From positions 2,816,001-2,880,000 of the forward strand of contig OY820579.1 of NCBI GenBank assembly GCA_963681965.1: a stretch of DNA of 64,000 nt, given 5' to 3'. The first letter of the stretch is position 1, and every line of letters starts with the position of its first letter. This DNA is from a bacterium. Lineage in GTDB: Bacteria > Electryoneota > JAOADG01. Under the pieces are notes generated by a model. That model ran no database searches and had not been told where the DNA came from. It worked only from the letters and a program-made list of their open reading frames with translations. Shown here one piece after another: positions 60,798-64,000 of the stretch. Both the position numbers and the translations under genes were made by a program.

Positions 60798-62166
60798 TCT
60801 TCTTTCCTTTCGCACTGGGTTTACGGGTTCTGGGATTGGATGTTGATTGCGATTGTGCACGTTGGGATTTGATGCGTTCCAGCAGGATGGATGCTGGTTC
60901 ATCGGTGGGGTCTTGGGGAACAAGTTTTCCTGCAAAGGCACGCTTCAGGATCGATTGACGCAAGCGGGTCGATTGGGCTAGGGCTTGATCGATGGTCTGT
61001 TCGACTGCATCTGCTACCGAAAAACGGCGTTCGATTTCAGATACGATTTGCTGCTGTTCTGCTGTTGAAGGCAGTGGAATAAGGAAATCTTCAATTACCT
61101 GCTTTGTTAAGGCTTGGCGGGTCGTTCCCACTTGAATACTTTCAATAAACCGTTGCATTTCTGGGGATGCGATGTAATAACTAAGAAATTTGGGTTCCAA
61201 TGAAGATTTACATCGGATGATACTGACATGTTGGTTCACGTTAGCGGGACATACTTCGTTTGGAACGACACAAACGCGACCGATAGATGCACCTGTAATA
61301 TTTAATAATACATCATTGATTACGACACGGGTTCCCGTCATTTCTTCGTCTTGTTCTGTAGAAATGTGGACTAACCCATCTAATACAAATCGATTGAAGT
61401 GAACATTCTGGCTACGAATGAAAGGAATGCCAGAATTTGTGTACACATCTTTTCCACCACGTGGGGTACTTCCACTTCCCACCTTAGAAGAATGCTTTGC
61501 CAATTTTTCTTTTGGAAATTGTTGTAATACACCATTTTCGATAGATGGATCGCGAAATGATTTGGCTAATACCGATTGCCGATACCGTTTCAGTTCACGC
61601 TTCACATTCTTCAGTGCGACTACCCCAGCATCCAGCTTGCTGAATAGTTCTTCAATCTTCGCGACAATCCGTTTCTGTTCGGGAAGGGGTGGTAAGGGAA
61701 ATTGAAATTCTTCAATGTCTGTAGAACTAATGTTTGGTTGGGCTGCACCATAAGCTTCTTTAAGAATTGTTTCGCGAATGACAGCTAAGTAATGATATAG
61801 AAGTTGGAAATCAACTTGATTATTCGTAAAAAATCTGAACCGTCCAACACGTTGATTTAATAAGGGGGTATTATCGAGTTTGAAAATTCCATACTTACCT
61901 GTTGTTGCACCAGACATTGCAATTAAAACGTCACCTTTATGCACTACAAATGATGCGTTATCTTTTAGTGCCTTTTCAGATAAATAAACTGTATCGTTAT
62001 TAAAGCTAATACATCCTTCAACTATATTGGATATGCGTATAAGTGGTACACCATCTTTTATGAATTCAGAACTTTTAAAAGCGTATCCACCTTGTAACTG
62101 GCAGAATTCACCAAGTTTCGTCCATACCCAACTTGATGGTAATACATCATTATTATTGTTGTTCAC
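60790..62166 (-). CDS. hsdS: Type I RM specificity subunit
   Basis: LPSSWVWTKLGE, two TRDs, PLPPLPEQKRIV, PLPSTAEQQQIV, LKRAFAGKLVPQDP; GTG start inferred. Confidence 0.95.
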   Translation of the reverse strand: MNNNNNDVLPSSWVWTKLGEFCQLQGGYAFKSSEFIKDGVPLIRISNIVEGCISFNNDTVYLSEKALKDNASFVVHKGDVLIAMSGATTGKYGIFKLDNTPLLNQRVGRFRFFTNNQVDFQLLYHYLAVIRETILKEAYGAAQPNISSTDIEEFQFPLPPLPEQKRIVAKIEELFSKLDAGVVALKNVKRELKRYRQSVLAKSFRDPSIENGVLQQFPKEKLAKHSSKVGSGSTPRGGKDVYTNSGIPFIRSQNVHFNRFVLDGLVHISTEQDEEMTGTRVVINDVLLNITGASIGRVCVVPNEVCPANVNQHVSIIRCKSSLEPKFLSYYIASPEMQRFIESIQVGTTRQALTKQVIEDFLIPLPSTAEQQQIVSEIERRFSVADAVEQTIDQALAQSTRLRQSILKRAFAGKLVPQDPTDEPASILLERIKSQRAQSQSTSNPRTRKPSAKGKKNA

Positions 62167-63076
62167 GATTTGCCAGTTCTTCTTGAATCTGTTGTAAACG
62201 TTGATACATGTCGAGTGGATACCCTTTCGGATTAACAACAAATGCAGGTTCACCGCCCATTATCGTTATTCGTCTGTTGTCATGATCAGGTCGTTCAGGC
62301 CAATCAATTGCCTTTACATCATCCCGAAATAGAGTTATTTCTTCAGTTTCGTTCAATCCGATAGCTGTAGTAAGTTGTGGAAGGTCTTTGAAATATGGCT
62401 TATTACATATCAGAAAAGCGATGGGGAAGCACTTATAAATTTGAATAAAACCAATATCATTCCATACCGTCCCTGCTGGCATCATTACATCACGCATTAG
62501 TACCATTGGATCATAAGGATAGAACCAGTAGAACACATTGATGTCACTAGGTATTTCAATTGATGTGTCTAAAACAAATGGTCGTGCTTTGTCATCAAAG
62601 TCGGAAATATGACCATCAACTTTCATAGCAATAAGATGACCTAGAATTGATCTTATTATAGGTAACGTCTTCAGTTTCGAATGAATTCTAGTTCGAGAAC
62701 TGCGTGTACCCTTCATCATTAGTTTATACTTTACATCGTTCACAGTCAGAACCAAAGCTTGATCACCCTTACTAAGAATTTCATTGTTACATTTGTTACA
62801 AAGTGTAGTAAAATGTAATCCGTTTCTTGAAGTAAATACTTCCCTTTGATTTCCCATTTTTAATTCTTTTGGTAGATAGAGTAAAAGAAAACTTTGGATT
62901 AAAACTTCTTTATGTAATTGCACTTCACTGGCTGGAACATGATCTTTTGTCAACTTACTTTGAAGCCCACAGATATTACAAACAGGGGTTTTACCTTGTT
63001 TATGGAATGGGTCATCGTTTCCCTTATCGTTCATGTTGCTGTACCTGTCAATTTTGTCCCAATTCAATACTATCAC
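62153..63076 (-). CDS. HNH/His-Me finger nuclease-like protein
   Basis: CNICG..LTKDHVP and LCNKCNN zinc/HNH motifs; GTGA overlap. Confidence 0.7.
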   Translation of the reverse strand: MIVLNWDKIDRYSNMNDKGNDDPFHKQGKTPVCNICGLQSKLTKDHVPASEVQLHKEVLIQSFLLLYLPKELKMGNQREVFTSRNGLHFTTLCNKCNNEILSKGDQALVLTVNDVKYKLMMKGTRSSRTRIHSKLKTLPIIRSILGHLIAMKVDGHISDFDDKARPFVLDTSIEIPSDINVFYWFYPYDPMVLMRDVMMPAGTVWNDIGFIQIYKCFPIAFLICNKPYFKDLPQLTTAIGLNETEEITLFRDDVKAIDWPERPDHDNRRITIMGGEPAFVVNPKGYPLDMYQRLQQIQEELANREQQ

Positions 63077-64000
63077 CGCTTGTTTTGATGTGAAAGTAAT
63101 TCCTTTAAGACATCAATTATTGGAATTGCATCCCCTTCCTTCGATGAATAACCAGTCGAATGATGTGTGAACATTGCTTCAGCAGCACGTTGTAAGATTT
63201 GTTGTTTGGTTTCTTCGCTGATTTTTCGTTCTGTCAACGGTAGGAAAGTTGTAACACAATTCTGACGATGCTGATTGATCACGTAATTATGCTGATGAAA
63301 ACGGTAGTTCTTCACAGCGAAGATCAATAAGTAATACAAGGCAGTAAGCAATGCAATCTTTAAAATCAGTTGCTGGAATAATGAATAAGGAAGTCCGAAT
63401 AACGTTGCTTGATTTGAAGACAAACTGTAGCTGTTACAAGCATTACAAGCACTAACTATCCAGAAGATTATGATTGCAACAACAATCGTACATCCAATAC
63501 CTATCACGTACTTAAGCCACCGATCAATCATTTTCTGATGGTATATTGCAGTTTCATCAAAAGCTTTTATCCATTTGAATTGCGCGCCTTCTGCGGTTAA
63601 CAATTCTGCTGCTGATAGGGTTTCTTCAAGTTTTTTTACCTTTTCTACAACATCTTCTTGAATTACATTCGCACGAGTAAGAAAATCAGTTATTACTTTA
63701 TAAAAGACCTTGTAATACGATGCAATTTGCGATGCATACTCATTTACAAATTCATAACTTGTTTCTAATTTTTGTTCGCTTAACCTATCGATCATAAAAC
63801 CCATCGTTTGAATTGCTTGCGTTGCGGTTTTGATTTCTTCTACAGGAATTTGTTCGTAATTGATAGTTCGAAAGGGTTTTAACAAAGCAAATATCTTATC
63901 GAATACTTCAATCAAACCTGTCTTGTTTGCTTGTTTTAAAAATTCGACTAATGTATCGCGTTCGATCAACAGAATTCTTTCAACACTTTGGTCAATAATT
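63073..64000 (-). CDS. Helical 2-TM membrane protein (5' end outside window)
   Basis: Frame open to window end; two hydrophobic segments followed by KNY..HN..NQHR.N..TF and TGY motifs. Confidence 0.7.
   Translation of the reverse strand, partial: IIDQSVERILLIERDTLVEFLKQANKTGLIEVFDKIFALLKPFRTINYEQIPVEEIKTATQAIQTMGFMIDRLSEQKLETSYEFVNEYASQIASYYKVFYKVITDFLTRANVIQEDVVEKVKKLEETLSAAELLTAEGAQFKWIKAFDETAIYHQKMIDRWLKYVIGIGCTIVVAIIIFWIVSACNACNSYSLSSNQATLFGLPYSLFQQLILKIALLTALYYLLIFAVKNYRFHQHNYVINQHRQNCVTTFLPLTERKISEETKQQILQRAAEAMFTHHSTGYSSKEGDAIPIIDVLKELLSHQNKR

Larger units (their letters stand above)
52830..64000. mobile_element. Second mobile element (phage/plasmid-like) with primases, anti-restriction-like genes and type I RM; extends past window end, left boundary approximate
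   Basis: att-like core, phage-type genes, AT-richer composition, near absence of the host CGATCG motif. Confidence 0.75.

Noticed and set aside
1-64000. CRISPR array or rRNA
   Set aside because: No regularly spaced 25-45 bp repeats with unique spacers, no cas genes and no rRNA-like sequence seen

Overview
Bacterial chromosome window, probably from a non-Bacteroidota FCB-group lineage (inference from four secreted proteins with YPNP(F/Y)N C-terminal sorting domains, a bat/MoxR operon, a GWxTD protein and lapAB). Positions 1-47.3 kb are core genome: gatB, PEGA and FGE-sulfatase proteins, a divergent smc, natAB-type ABC, a secreted metalloprotease, two HD-GYP proteins, a DnaJ paralog, lon/hsp20, rpmB, lapAB, miaB, the bat operon, an exonuclease-DinG fusion, gcvPB and nupC. 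This part is rich in CGATCG and carries REP-like palindromes. From 47.3 kb the window is accessory. A 5.4-kb integrase islet sits in tRNA-Pro(GGG), bounded by a 50-bp direct repeat with arm-like sites. It carries a mosaic SBBP-repeat protein with three in-frame REP/RPE-like inserts and a terminator/antiterminator leader. An inverted third copy of the att core follows the tRNA. A second element runs from there off the window end. It carries two different primase-polymerases flanking three small phage-type genes, one a likely Ocr-like DNA mimic, with hairpin leaders (two of them covarying). It also carries a type I RM hsdS/hsdM operon interleaved with HNH, PD-(D/E)XK and 2-TM candidate effectors. 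The best candidate novel system is this primase/anti-restriction cassette paired with an effector-loaded type I RM locus. All family calls are by eye; no searches were run.
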